From positions 1-64,000 of IMG/VR virus record IMGVR_UViG_3300017605_000678: a DNA stretch of 64,000 bases; one strand, 5' to 3'. Below the pieces are notes generated by a model. It was not told the origin of the DNA. It made no database searches and was given only the letters and a program-made list of their open reading frames with translations. The stretch comes from a virus. Shown piece by piece: positions 27,533 to 35,530 of this stretch. A program made the position numbers and the translations under genes. Positions within the stretch are counted from its first letter, which is position 1. Each line of letters opens with the position of its first letter.

Positions 27533-28341
27533 ACGGGGATCTGCTGAAGTGAGATCTCCAGGACGTCTCGCAGCCCCTGATACACGACGCGCGGGCAGGC
27601 TGCAGGATGACTCTCCCAGTTGCGCTTGCGCTCCTCCCAAGCGGCGTCGAACGCGTCCAGGATCGGATGGCTCTCGCCGGCGCCGTTCTCCGTGCGCGGC
27701 ATTGGCGCGCTCGGGCGCTCCGCCTCTTTGGCGATCTCGGCCAGCCCGCCTCTAGGCTTGTGCCCCATCTGCGCGGCCTTGCGCTGGAGCGCGCGGCCTC
27801 CTTGCTTGGCCAGCTTGTCCTGCTGCGCCTTGGGCAGCTTCACGATCCGCTCTGCGGCCTTCAGCTTCAGCTTGCCGGCCTTCACGGCCGCGACCACTTT
27901 CTTGGATCCCTTGGCCTTGACCTTGCGGGCGCGTTGGATCGACCTCTTCGACACTTCCATCTTGTTTGCAACACTTTCGGTCGAAAAGGTGCCCGCGGGC
28001 ACCTTTTTCTTGTCGCTCGGCCGGCCGGCCAGCAGAGCGTCGAACTCGGCCGCGCACATCGCCGCCTGGGCCGGCGTCAAATGACGTCGCTTCGTGTTGC
28101 GCGAGATCACGAACCCGAGCGGGTCCGGCCCTTCGTACGTTTCGAAGTCGCCCTCGGCCAGGACCGCTCCGGCGACCGCGGCGCCCAGGTAGCGATTGCG
28201 TCCGTCGAGGATCTTCCCCTCGAACATGGTGATCGGCTCCAGCAGCCCTTTGTCCTTTATGTCGGCGCCCAGGGCGTCGATCTCTTCTTGCGTTGCCTGA
28301 GGCAGGACAAGGCAAAACTTGTGGAACTCCAGCTTTTTCAT
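27529..28341 (-). CDS. ParB/Spo0J-like protein with HTH
   Basis: DIKDKGLLEPI...ILDGRNRY, SRNTKRRHLT, HTH-like VANKMEVSKRSIQRARKV. Confidence 0.82.
   Translation of the reverse strand: MKKLEFHKFCLVLPQATQEEIDALGADIKDKGLLEPITMFEGKILDGRNRYLGAAVAGAVLAEGDFETYEGPDPLGFVISRNTKRRHLTPAQAAMCAAEFDALLAGRPSDKKKVPAGTFSTESVANKMEVSKRSIQRARKVKAKGSKKVVAAVKAGKLKLKAAERIVKLPKAQQDKLAKQGGRALQRKAAQMGHKPRGGLAEIAKEAERPSAPMPRTENGAGESHPILDAFDAAWEERKRNWESHPAACPRVVYQGLRDVLEISLQQIPV
27984..28007. repeat. Perfect 24-bp palindrome inside the parB-like gene (parS-like candidate)
   Basis: AAAAGGTGCCCGCGGGCACCTTTT. Confidence 0.75.
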
Positions 28342-28525
28342 CGTGACCTTTCGTTCTAGTTGCCCGCCCCGCTCGACACGGGTGCAGCAAGCGGGCGCGA
28401 ACACGCCGCAACTCGAAAACCCAACGGGGCAGGCAAGGATCGTTTCATCGTTCGTTGTGCTTCGGCCGGTCGAGGCCTTCGCCCAGGACCTTGCCCGCGG
28501 GCGCCGGGCTTGTAAAGCGGTCAAA

Positions 28526-28705
28526 TCACCGTTTCGGGCTCAACTTGTCCAGCCCCATGCCGGCGCCCTCGATCTTGTCGGCGCTCGATTCAATGGTCCG
28601 GACCGTGCCGTCCGTGCTCGTGATCGTTTCTTTGACATAGGGGCGCTCGATCCGCGCGACGCAACCGGCCAGGAGGAGGAACGGGAGAAGCAAAAAGATT
28701 CGCAT
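28526..28705 (-). CDS. Small lipoprotein
   Basis: MRIFLLLPFLLLAG/C lipobox. Confidence 0.65.
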   Translation of the reverse strand: MRIFLLLPFLLLAGCVARIERPYVKETITSTDGTVRTIESSADKIEGAGMGLDKLSPKR

Positions 28706-28737
28706 GGGGCAAGTTGTGACCACGGGCGCGCTGTCGG

Positions 28738-28941
28738 TCAATGATGGAAAAAGCCGTACAGCGTAAACGTGAGAAAGATCCAGAGGCCGAGCCAGAAGAG
28801 CCCCCAGCTGATTTGCTCGCCCGCATGCGCGATCGCGTCCTCCAGCGTGCGCGGCGCACGGCCGGACCGCCGGCTGCGCCGCTCCTCCTCCGCCTGCGCC
28901 TCGATCCTCTTTCGGAACTCGCTCTTGTCGTCGTCGCTCAT
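28738..28941 (-). CDS. Small membrane protein
   Basis: MSDDDKSEF... with C-terminal TM helix. Confidence 0.5.
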   Translation of the reverse strand: MSDDDKSEFRKRIEAQAEEERRSRRSGRAPRTLEDAIAHAGEQISWGLFWLGLWIFLTFTLYGFFHH

Positions 28942-29176
28942 ACCTGTTTCACACAATGACTGTTGCCTTCCGCTCGGAAATCGATCCCGCAGATCGGGCA
29001 GAGGATCGGCTGGCTCGGGCCGCTCGGGTACGGCTGGACCACAAGCTGGATCTGGCAGCGGCAGCTGTTGCACGTTATTTTCCAGACTGAGACCATGGTC
29101 AAATAACCGCTTCGCACGGTCTCTTTGCCAGTGGACAAGTCTGAACTTCGTGTTTTCTGGTCCATGGGTTTCCTTT

Positions 29177-29965
29177 CTACATTGTCCAGCTTTGCACGTT
29201 TTTCGGTTCGTAGCCCGAAGCGATCGCCTCCTGGACTTCGGCGATCTTGAATCCGTTCCGGAACGTGTGCCCGATCTTTTGCTCGACCGCCACGTACTGC
29301 GCCAGCAGCTCGGGATTGGCCCGCCCGGCGATCACGAGCGCATCCTTGGGAGCGAACACGCAAAAGCAACAGGAGAGCCGCGGCATGCCCAGGTCATAGG
29401 CCGCGTGGTGACGGACGCCCGAGGCGCGGATCGCGGCCCAGACTTGGTCCACGCTCCAGGAGAGGATCGGATGCCACTGAGTGACCGCCCGCTTGCCGTT
29501 CGAGGCGCGGGTGTTCGGGGCAATCTCGGGCAGCTTGGCGCGCGCGGTCGATTCCTGGGCGCGCATGCCCAGGCAATTGAGGATCCGCACGGGCCGGCCC
29601 AGGCCGGCGAACTCGCGGCCGAACTTCGTGAACAGCTTTGCGATCTGGTCGCGCTTCTGATCGCTCGTGCAATAGCGGTTGCCCTGATCGGGCCACATCC
29701 CGCGCTCCTCGACTTGCTGGAGCAAGTCGCCCTTCTCGCGGCGCACGACGGTCAGCGCAACGCCGTAGTGGGCGCATTGCTCCTCGGCCAGCTCGCGGGT
29801 CCCGCGCCACTCGACGCGGCCGAGGTCGGCATGCACTGCGCGCACGCGGTCGAGCACCCCGGCCTCGCGCGCCAGCCGGCAGACGTAGTCCAGCATTGCC
29901 TGCGAGTCCTTGCCGGCGCTCGTGTTCACGACGATCACGTCAAATTCAGCAAGGTTCGGGATCAC
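29177..29965 (-). CDS. PAPS-reductase-family (PP-loop) protein with Cys motifs
   Basis: TSAGKDS, YCTSDQKR, RAQESTAR, HPILSWS, RLSCCFC. Confidence 0.88.
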   Translation of the reverse strand: MIPNLAEFDVIVVNTSAGKDSQAMLDYVCRLAREAGVLDRVRAVHADLGRVEWRGTRELAEEQCAHYGVALTVVRREKGDLLQQVEERGMWPDQGNRYCTSDQKRDQIAKLFTKFGREFAGLGRPVRILNCLGMRAQESTARAKLPEIAPNTRASNGKRAVTQWHPILSWSVDQVWAAIRASGVRHHAAYDLGMPRLSCCFCVFAPKDALVIAGRANPELLAQYVAVEQKIGHTFRNGFKIAEVQEAIASGYEPKNVQSWTM

Positions 29966-30207
29966 AGCGCGCCTCCTCGGTAATCGCCCAGCGCTTGGTC
30001 CGGCTGCTCTGAATTAATAAAAAAAGCGCCCTCCTCCATGCCTGCTCCGAATCCGAGAGCCTCAATCGCCGCGCGCTCCGCGTCGCTCAAGTTGCGCGAC
30101 CATGCGGCCCAGTACTCGTCCGCCTCGATCAGGGGCACATCCGCGCCCGTTGCGAAACCGCGGAGGAACTCCAGGAGGCTGCCGTTTTTGGGAAAGTTGT
30201 TGTTCAT
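29962..30207 (-). CDS. Hypothetical protein
   Basis: Start MNNNFPK; coupled to the downstream gene. Confidence 0.5.
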   Translation of the reverse strand: MNNNFPKNGSLLEFLRGFATGADVPLIEADEYWAAWSRNLSDAERAAIEALGFGAGMEEGAFFINSEQPDQALGDYRGGAL

Positions 30208-30215
30208 GGCTCGCC

Positions 30216-30434
30216 TCAAAACATCACACTGGTTGCGGTTTCCAGCCCATAGTTCCGGATCACTTCGACGCCGTGCCCGGGGAAGCGCACGACCATCACG
30301 CTGGCGATCACCGTAGCTTTGTGGCACGTCACGATCCGCGCGTCCGGAAACTCAGGCGAGAAGTTAAAGGAGCCAGTCCAAAAACCGAAGGTTCCATCCG
30401 GAGAGGTTTTTACCACCACAGAATTTTCTTTCAT
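30216..30434 (-). CDS. Hypothetical protein (first gene after promoter cassette)
   Basis: ATG directly follows the cassette leader. Confidence 0.65.
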   Translation of the reverse strand: MKENSVVVKTSPDGTFGFWTGSFNFSPEFPDARIVTCHKATVIASVMVVRFPGHGVEVIRNYGLETATSVMF

Positions 30435-30531
30435 TTTTCGTTCGCCGGGCGGACTTACGGGGTCCGCCGCTCTTTCTGACCAGACTGTCGGCGATCCCCC
30501 GTAAGAAGTAAAGAGCTTTTTTGCTCTTTTT
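30435..30531 (-). promoter_or_regulatory. Promoter-hairpin-leader cassette, copy 1
   Basis: AAAGAGCAAAAAAGCTC-TTTACT-N17-GACAGT...GGCGGAC CCCGTAA GTCCGCC...GAACGAAAAATG. Confidence 0.85.
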
Positions 30532-31536
30532 TCACTTTTCTTTTGAGGCCTCGATCAGGCCATGAATCCAGGCTTGCCAGTCGCTCGCGCCCAGGGTTTC
30601 GGCCGTCAACGTCTCCGTGGGCGTCGCCTCGATCAGCCGGGCAATGTCAGCCGCCGGCAGCAGCTGCTTTTCCCGGATAAACTCCGTCATGGACCCGGGC
30701 TTGGGCGTGGCCCCGCGGAAGCCCTTTACGCGCTTGCGCCAGAGGCCCTCCGTAATCGGCTTGCCGACACCAGCCGGCCAGCCCTTTGACTCCGCGTAGG
30801 CCAGATTGCGGCGCGCCACGCGTGCTTCCAGGATGACAATGCGGCGCAGCTTGTCGTCCTCCAGGTCGAGCACTTCGGCCGGCTTCATCGCCGTGCAAAA
30901 GTAGCAGCTGGACTTGGGCGGTACCGGGAGGCCGGCCGCGTCGATCTCCGCTTCGCAGCGCTCGCGGTTCCAGCCCCAATCTTGCAGCGGGAACCAGAGG
31001 TCGGCCTTGGACGCCTCGTCGGCTGCCATGGCGAACGTGTCGCAGTTCCGCTTTGCCCGGCCGCGCTCGTGCGCGGAGTCCTCGAACCCGATCGCCTTGC
31101 GGATCTTCACGCCGCGGCGGAGGGCGGCCACGGCCGGCGCCCAGGTGTCGAGGTAGCGGCTGATCGGCGCGATCTTCCACTTGGCCGAGCACGTATGCGA
31201 GCCGTAGGCGATCGAGGGCAAGGTGACGTTCGTTAGGAGGTTCTCCTCCAGGGTCCGGTACGGCGGGAAATGCTTGAAGTTTTTAGGCTCATACCGAACG
31301 ACCGTGACGAGCGGCCAGCCGCGCTCGGCAAGCCATGCGTTGATCGTCGCCAAGTAGGCCATCGTCGCCGTGCGCTCGGCGCCCACGTCGGCGAAAATGA
31401 TCAGGTCCGGCCGGATCCCGCGGGCGTAGAGGCCCACGAGCACAGCGGTCGAATCGACGCCCAGCCCGTAGCAGACCACGAGCGGGGAAGGAGGCGGAGG
31501 CAAAACCTCCGCCCGGTATTCAAGAGACAATTCCAT
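30532..31536 (-). CDS. Second PAPS-reductase-like / PP-loop protein with Cys motif
   Basis: YGLGVDS, FADVGAE, CSAKWK, FPL.DWGW.R..C, PPKSSCYFC. Confidence 0.82.
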   Translation of the reverse strand: MELSLEYRAEVLPPPPSPLVVCYGLGVDSTAVLVGLYARGIRPDLIIFADVGAERTATMAYLATINAWLAERGWPLVTVVRYEPKNFKHFPPYRTLEENLLTNVTLPSIAYGSHTCSAKWKIAPISRYLDTWAPAVAALRRGVKIRKAIGFEDSAHERGRAKRNCDTFAMAADEASKADLWFPLQDWGWNRERCEAEIDAAGLPVPPKSSCYFCTAMKPAEVLDLEDDKLRRIVILEARVARRNLAYAESKGWPAGVGKPITEGLWRKRVKGFRGATPKPGSMTEFIREKQLLPAADIARLIEATPTETLTAETLGASDWQAWIHGLIEASKEK

Positions 31537-31538
31537 AA

Positions 31539-32207
31539 TCAGGCTTGGTAGAAGTAGCCCAGCTCGCGAAGCGAGGAGCGCTTGCCCTCGCCGACCACGA
31601 CGTGATCCAGCACTTCGATCTTGAGCAGTTGCCCGCCGCGGATCAAGTCCCGCGTCACTTTGATGTCAGCCTCGCTCGGCGTCGGATCGCCGCTGGGGTG
31701 ATTGTGCATGAGGATCACGGCCGCGGCATTGTCCACGATCGCCGCGCGGAAGACTTCGCGAGGATGAACTAGGATCGTGTCGAGCGTGCCCGTCGAGACG
31801 AGCCGGTGGGAGATCGCCCGGCGGCGCGTGTTCAAGTGGATCACGGCGAAGGATTCCACGTCCGCGTTGAACCACGGAGCGGTCGCGATCTGCTCGCGCC
31901 AGTAGGCCGCGGCCTTGTCGGGCGTGTCGATCGTGAGCGCGTCCGGCGTGCTCGGCGTTTCGCGCAGCGTGACCAGCTTGACCTCGACGGCGTAAGCCGG
32001 GCGCGCGGCCTTCGCCGGCTTGGCAACGGGCGCCTCGAGGGAAACAGGCGCCGGGCTCTCGCTCACCGTCGCCGCGCTCGAGCGACGGACCAGCGTGCGG
32101 ACCGCGTTGTGAGTGACGCCCGGGAAAAGCGCCAGCGTGCGCTCGATCAAACCCAGGGCATGGCCGGCGGCGATTTCCGCTCGGATGTAGGAAACGTGAG
32201 GCTTCAT
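31539..32207 (-). CDS. radC: RadC-like JAB/MPN-domain protein
   Basis: VHPREVFR.AI...A..VILMHNHPSGDPTPSEAD...LDHVVVG; start MKPHV set by the cassette leader. Confidence 0.93.
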   Translation of the reverse strand: MKPHVSYIRAEIAAGHALGLIERTLALFPGVTHNAVRTLVRRSSAATVSESPAPVSLEAPVAKPAKAARPAYAVEVKLVTLRETPSTPDALTIDTPDKAAAYWREQIATAPWFNADVESFAVIHLNTRRRAISHRLVSTGTLDTILVHPREVFRAAIVDNAAAVILMHNHPSGDPTPSEADIKVTRDLIRGGQLLKIEVLDHVVVGEGKRSSLRELGYFYQA

Positions 32208-32307
32208 TTTCGTTCGTTCGTTGGAGCGCCTTACGGGGGCGGCCCCTCTGTCTGGTCCGACCATCGGCGATCGCCGGCCGGAAGTAAAGAGTTTTTTTGC
32301 TCTTTTT
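32208..32307 (-). promoter_or_regulatory. Promoter-hairpin-leader cassette, copy 2
   Basis: TTTACT-N17-GATGGT; GGGGCCGCC CCCGTAA GGCGCTCC; AACGAACGAACGAAAATG. Confidence 0.88.
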
Positions 32308-32388
32308 GAAGATTTCTTTTTGGGCGCTAAGCAGGCACTAAAAAGGCGGCCACCAGCCCGAGGCCAGCGGCCGCCCTGGGCCAGCCCC

Positions 32389-32943
32389 CTATGGGGCGAA
32401 CTCGGCGCCGGGGGCGAATTTGCCGCCCGGGCGGAGCGCCTTAAGCAGCCATTCTCGGCCCGAGGCGCCGGAGTTATTGAACAGCCATTCCACTTGATCC
32501 AGGAGAGTGAGCGCCGCGCCCGTCTTGCGATCCACGAAACCCCGGGGGTGCGGGCTCGACTGGAGCCATGCACGGGCGTTCGAGTCGGCCAGCAGGGTCT
32601 TCAGCGCTTCCGTCACGGCCGCGGCCTTGGCGGCCCGTTTCTGCGCCTGGGCGGCCCGGTATTCAGGGCTGGTCCGGTAGGCCTTCAGGATCCCCTCGTC
32701 CCCGACCTTCTCGATACAGTTGCAGCCCACTTTGGAGCAACGGCCGTCCGCGCTCTTGATGTGGAATTCCCACTGGATCCCGTTGCCGCAGTAGTCGCAA
32801 GTCCCGCCGGGCTTGCGTACGCTGCCGTCTCCGGAGACCCAGACGTTCTCGCGGATCCCTACGTAGCGGAAGGGCGCCTTGCCCAGGCCCGCGGCCTCGA
32901 ACTTGTGCACGCCCACCAGTGTCGCGTCGTCGGTTTTGCTCAT
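32389..32943 (-). CDS. Zn-finger-containing phage protein
   Basis: HKFEAAGLGKAPF, CDYCG...VGCNCI. Confidence 0.7.
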   Translation of the reverse strand: MSKTDDATLVGVHKFEAAGLGKAPFRYVGIRENVWVSGDGSVRKPGGTCDYCGNGIQWEFHIKSADGRCSKVGCNCIEKVGDEGILKAYRTSPEYRAAQAQKRAAKAAAVTEALKTLLADSNARAWLQSSPHPRGFVDRKTGAALTLLDQVEWLFNNSGASGREWLLKALRPGGKFAPGAEFAP

Positions 32944-32950
32944 AAATGCC

Positions 32951-33166
32951 TTAGTTGTTCTCGATGAACAGGACGTTGCTCACGCTCTTGGACCGGTAGC
33001 TTGCGCCGGCCTTCGTGGCCCAACGGCGATCGAAAGTGACTCCGGACAGCTCGATCTGAGTCGGCCATTGCTCCGGGCTCTTGGGGAACTCCAGATTCGA
33101 AGCATGGGCCAGGAGGCTAAAATCTTCGCGCACGCTGACCTCTTCTTTGGGAATCGTGACTTTCAT
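32951..33166 (-). CDS. Hypothetical protein (first gene after cassette)
   Basis: ATG follows the cassette leader. Confidence 0.65.
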   Translation of the reverse strand: MKVTIPKEEVSVREDFSLLAHASNLEFPKSPEQWPTQIELSGVTFDRRWATKAGASYRSKSVSNVLFIENN

Positions 33167-33268
33167 TTTTTCTTTCGTTCGTGGGGCGCCTTACGGGGGC
33201 GGCCCTTTGTCTGAGAAGACCATCGCCTATTTGCGACCAGGAGTAAAGAGCTTTTTTGCTCTTTTTTC
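33167..33268 (-). promoter_or_regulatory. Promoter-hairpin-leader cassette, copy 3
   Basis: TTTACT-N17-GATGGT; GGGCCGCC CCCGTAA GGCGCCC; ACGAACGAAAGAAAAAATG. Confidence 0.88.
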
Positions 33269-33499
33269 AAATTTCTTTCTGGCCGACAAAACAGCCTCTA
33301 ACCCAGTAGTTTTGAAGCGACCCGGAGGCCTTCCACGGCCACCCGGGCGCCATGACTTAAAGCCATTCTTTAGCCTCTTACGCTCCATAAACTTCCCGTG
33401 ACAACTCAGGCAATGATTCGCCGTGACGCGCGGTTGTCCGCATTGCGCGCAGAGTCCGTTTTTAACTTTCTTCAACTGCCACCTTCGTTGTCTCGTCAT
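33227..33499 (-). CDS. Small basic Zn-finger / AT-hook-like protein
   Basis: CAQC...CLSC, GRGRPP; lower GC than flanks. Confidence 0.55.
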   Translation of the reverse strand: MTRQRRWQLKKVKNGLCAQCGQPRVTANHCLSCHGKFMERKRLKNGFKSWRPGGRGRPPGRFKTTGLEAVLSARKKFEKRAKKLFTPGRK

Positions 33500-33503
33500 A
33501 AGT

Positions 33504-34970
33504 TTAACCCCGCAGTTTGCGCATTTCTACTCGGCCAGGAGCCGAGGCAACGAAGTAGCGGAGCGCGTCCGCGGCGTCATCGCCGCCTTCGCCCTCCTCA
33601 TCCACGTCGACCTTTAGCACGTCCTCCGGATGCTTGGGGTCGTGCTGCATGAGCGGAAGCTGTTCGAGGAGCAGCTTGCAGCGCTCGTGAATAAAGAGCC
33701 GAGGCCGGATCCCGCGGTCCTGATCGCCCAGGCGTTCTAGGATCGCGCTCCAGCCGTTCACCCGCTCCGTGTTCGCCGGCGTGAGCGGAATCCCGGCCGC
33801 GTCGAACTGCTTCGCGACGCTCGTCCCGCTGGTCGGGTCGTCGGCGAAAACGTCCGTGCCGGCCACGAAGGACCCGAGGTTCGCGCGAGTGAGCAGCGCG
33901 CCCGCGGGCGTCTTGTGCCGGGCAATGGCAACGTGGATGTGGGCCGCTTGCTGGCTCGGCAGCAGCTCGGCCGCCGCGTGCTCGTCCAGGATCCATTCGT
34001 TGCCGTCGGAGTCTTCGCCGCCCAGGAGCGCGACCGTGAAATGCTTCCGGCCCCAATCGAGCGAGCCGCGCCAGCCCAGGACCCGCTTGTCTTGGTCGCC
34101 CGTCACGACGTGCACGTCTTGGCGGAACGTGGTGAAGTATTGGCCGGCCGCAATGTCCCAATCGCCAAGGCGCCACGCGCGGTGCTTCCAGCCGACCAGC
34201 CCGTCGAGGACCCGAACGTAGTCGCGCCGGATGAACCGATTGTCGTCGACCGTCGAGGGAATGAAGCGGGTCGTTGTCTCGCGGCCGGCCCGGAAGGGCA
34301 GAATGAACTTTGCGCGAAAGTGGGCGTGCCCAACTCCGCCGGGGTTGGTCGAGTAGTAGATCCGCGCGCGCCAGCCGTCCTTGCTCGTGCGGCAAGTCGT
34401 CGTGATGTCGCGGATCTTTCCGCTCGTGAGCGTGGTCGCCTCCTCGATCAGGATCAGGTCGTATTCCAGCCCGAGGTAAGTATCAATGTCCCGCTCGTGC
34501 TGGAAGTGGCCGGCAAAGATTTTCGAGCCGTTGGCGAAAGTCAGCTGGCCCCCGCCGCGGTTCGTGAAAGTATGCTCGAGCGAGGAGAACAGGCGCAGCC
34601 GAAGATCTTGGAAGTGCTCCAGGTTGGCCTTGCCGACTTTGCGCAGCAGCAAAACCTTCAACCCCGGGAAGCGCTGGCAGTCGTCGGCGCCGGCCTGGGC
34701 CAAGAGCACGTACGACTTGCCTCCGCCGCGCGCGCCGCCAAAGCCAATCTCGAAAGGGCCGTCTGGCCGATCGCACGCGCGAGCCGCCGCGGCAAACTTC
34801 AGCTGCTTCGGTTGGAGCGCCAGCCCGGCCCGAGTGAAGTTTTGGATTTGCTCGCGCGGACAGCCGGCCGCGTGGATCGCCCGGATGTATTCAGCCTCCA
34901 GCCGCGCTCGCAGGGCCGGATCAATTCCGGTCGGCCGCACCGGCGGCTGGAGCGTCGTCTCTTGGGGCAT
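33504..34970 (-). CDS. terL: Terminase large subunit
   Basis: Walker A GGARGGGKS, Walker B LIEEA, STNPGGVGH, nuclease SLDWG and DDAADALRY. Confidence 0.95.
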   Translation of the reverse strand: MPQETTLQPPVRPTGIDPALRARLEAEYIRAIHAAGCPREQIQNFTRAGLALQPKQLKFAAAARACDRPDGPFEIGFGGARGGGKSYVLLAQAGADDCQRFPGLKVLLLRKVGKANLEHFQDLRLRLFSSLEHTFTNRGGGQLTFANGSKIFAGHFQHERDIDTYLGLEYDLILIEEATTLTSGKIRDITTTCRTSKDGWRARIYYSTNPGGVGHAHFRAKFILPFRAGRETTTRFIPSTVDDNRFIRRDYVRVLDGLVGWKHRAWRLGDWDIAAGQYFTTFRQDVHVVTGDQDKRVLGWRGSLDWGRKHFTVALLGGEDSDGNEWILDEHAAAELLPSQQAAHIHVAIARHKTPAGALLTRANLGSFVAGTDVFADDPTSGTSVAKQFDAAGIPLTPANTERVNGWSAILERLGDQDRGIRPRLFIHERCKLLLEQLPLMQHDPKHPEDVLKVDVDEEGEGGDDAADALRYFVASAPGRVEMRKLRG

Positions 34971-35526
34971 AGGATTTTAAAAGCGCCTCTTCGAAGGAAT
35001 GCACGAGCACGGGCCCGCCCTGGGGACCGCTGATCTCCGTGCGGACCGGAGTGTCGAGGCCCAGCAGCTCGCAGCGCCGCTTGATACACTGAAGAATAAT
35101 CTGCAAGTAAATGGCCGCGCCGCCCGTGTCACGGACCACCATCGCCCGCTTCAGCTCGGCGGCCGCCGCGCGCTTGGCTTTGCGCGGAAGCGCGCCCGTG
35201 CGTTGCTCCGTCGTCGTGCGAACGCGCTCCTTCAGAAAGGCATCGTGCGCGAGGCGCTCGACGTTATTGATCGCCATGACCTCGCGGGCCCGTTGCGTGA
35301 CCAAGTGATCCTTCTGCTCCTCCTGCAGCCGGCCGATCAACTCCTGGACGTCGAGGTACACTTGCGAGCGTGAGATCGAATAGTCGCGCGTCGCGCTCAC
35401 TGCCTCGGCGATCTGCTGGAGCGTCTTGCGCTCGCAGTAGAGGCGCGCGATCAAGGTCAGGTCGACCTCGCGTTGCACGACGTTTCGCTTGTGCGCAAAT
35501 TTGGACGGACCACCCAGCTTGGCCAT
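34921..35526 (-). CDS. Terminase small subunit
   Basis: HTH-like N-terminus, RRCELLGLD.P.RTEISGPQGGPV; directly upstream of terL. Confidence 0.8.
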   Translation of the reverse strand: MAKLGGPSKFAHKRNVVQREVDLTLIARLYCERKTLQQIAEAVSATRDYSISRSQVYLDVQELIGRLQEEQKDHLVTQRAREVMAINNVERLAHDAFLKERVRTTTEQRTGALPRKAKRAAAAELKRAMVVRDTGGAAIYLQIILQCIKRRCELLGLDTPVRTEISGPQGGPVLVHSFEEALLKSYAPRDDAPAAGAADRN

Positions 35527-35530
35527 AATT

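Noticed and set aside
29177-31536. cysH auxiliary metabolic genes for sulfate assimilation
   Set aside because: No other cys genes are present and the C-terminal ECGLH motif of true PAPS/APS reductases is absent.
31539-32573. Track start sites for several genes (radC 32573, fibre 18159, MTase 40377, UvrD 60022)
   Set aside because: The extensions run through promoters or upstream genes; downstream starts with leader motifs or stop-start overlaps are better supported.
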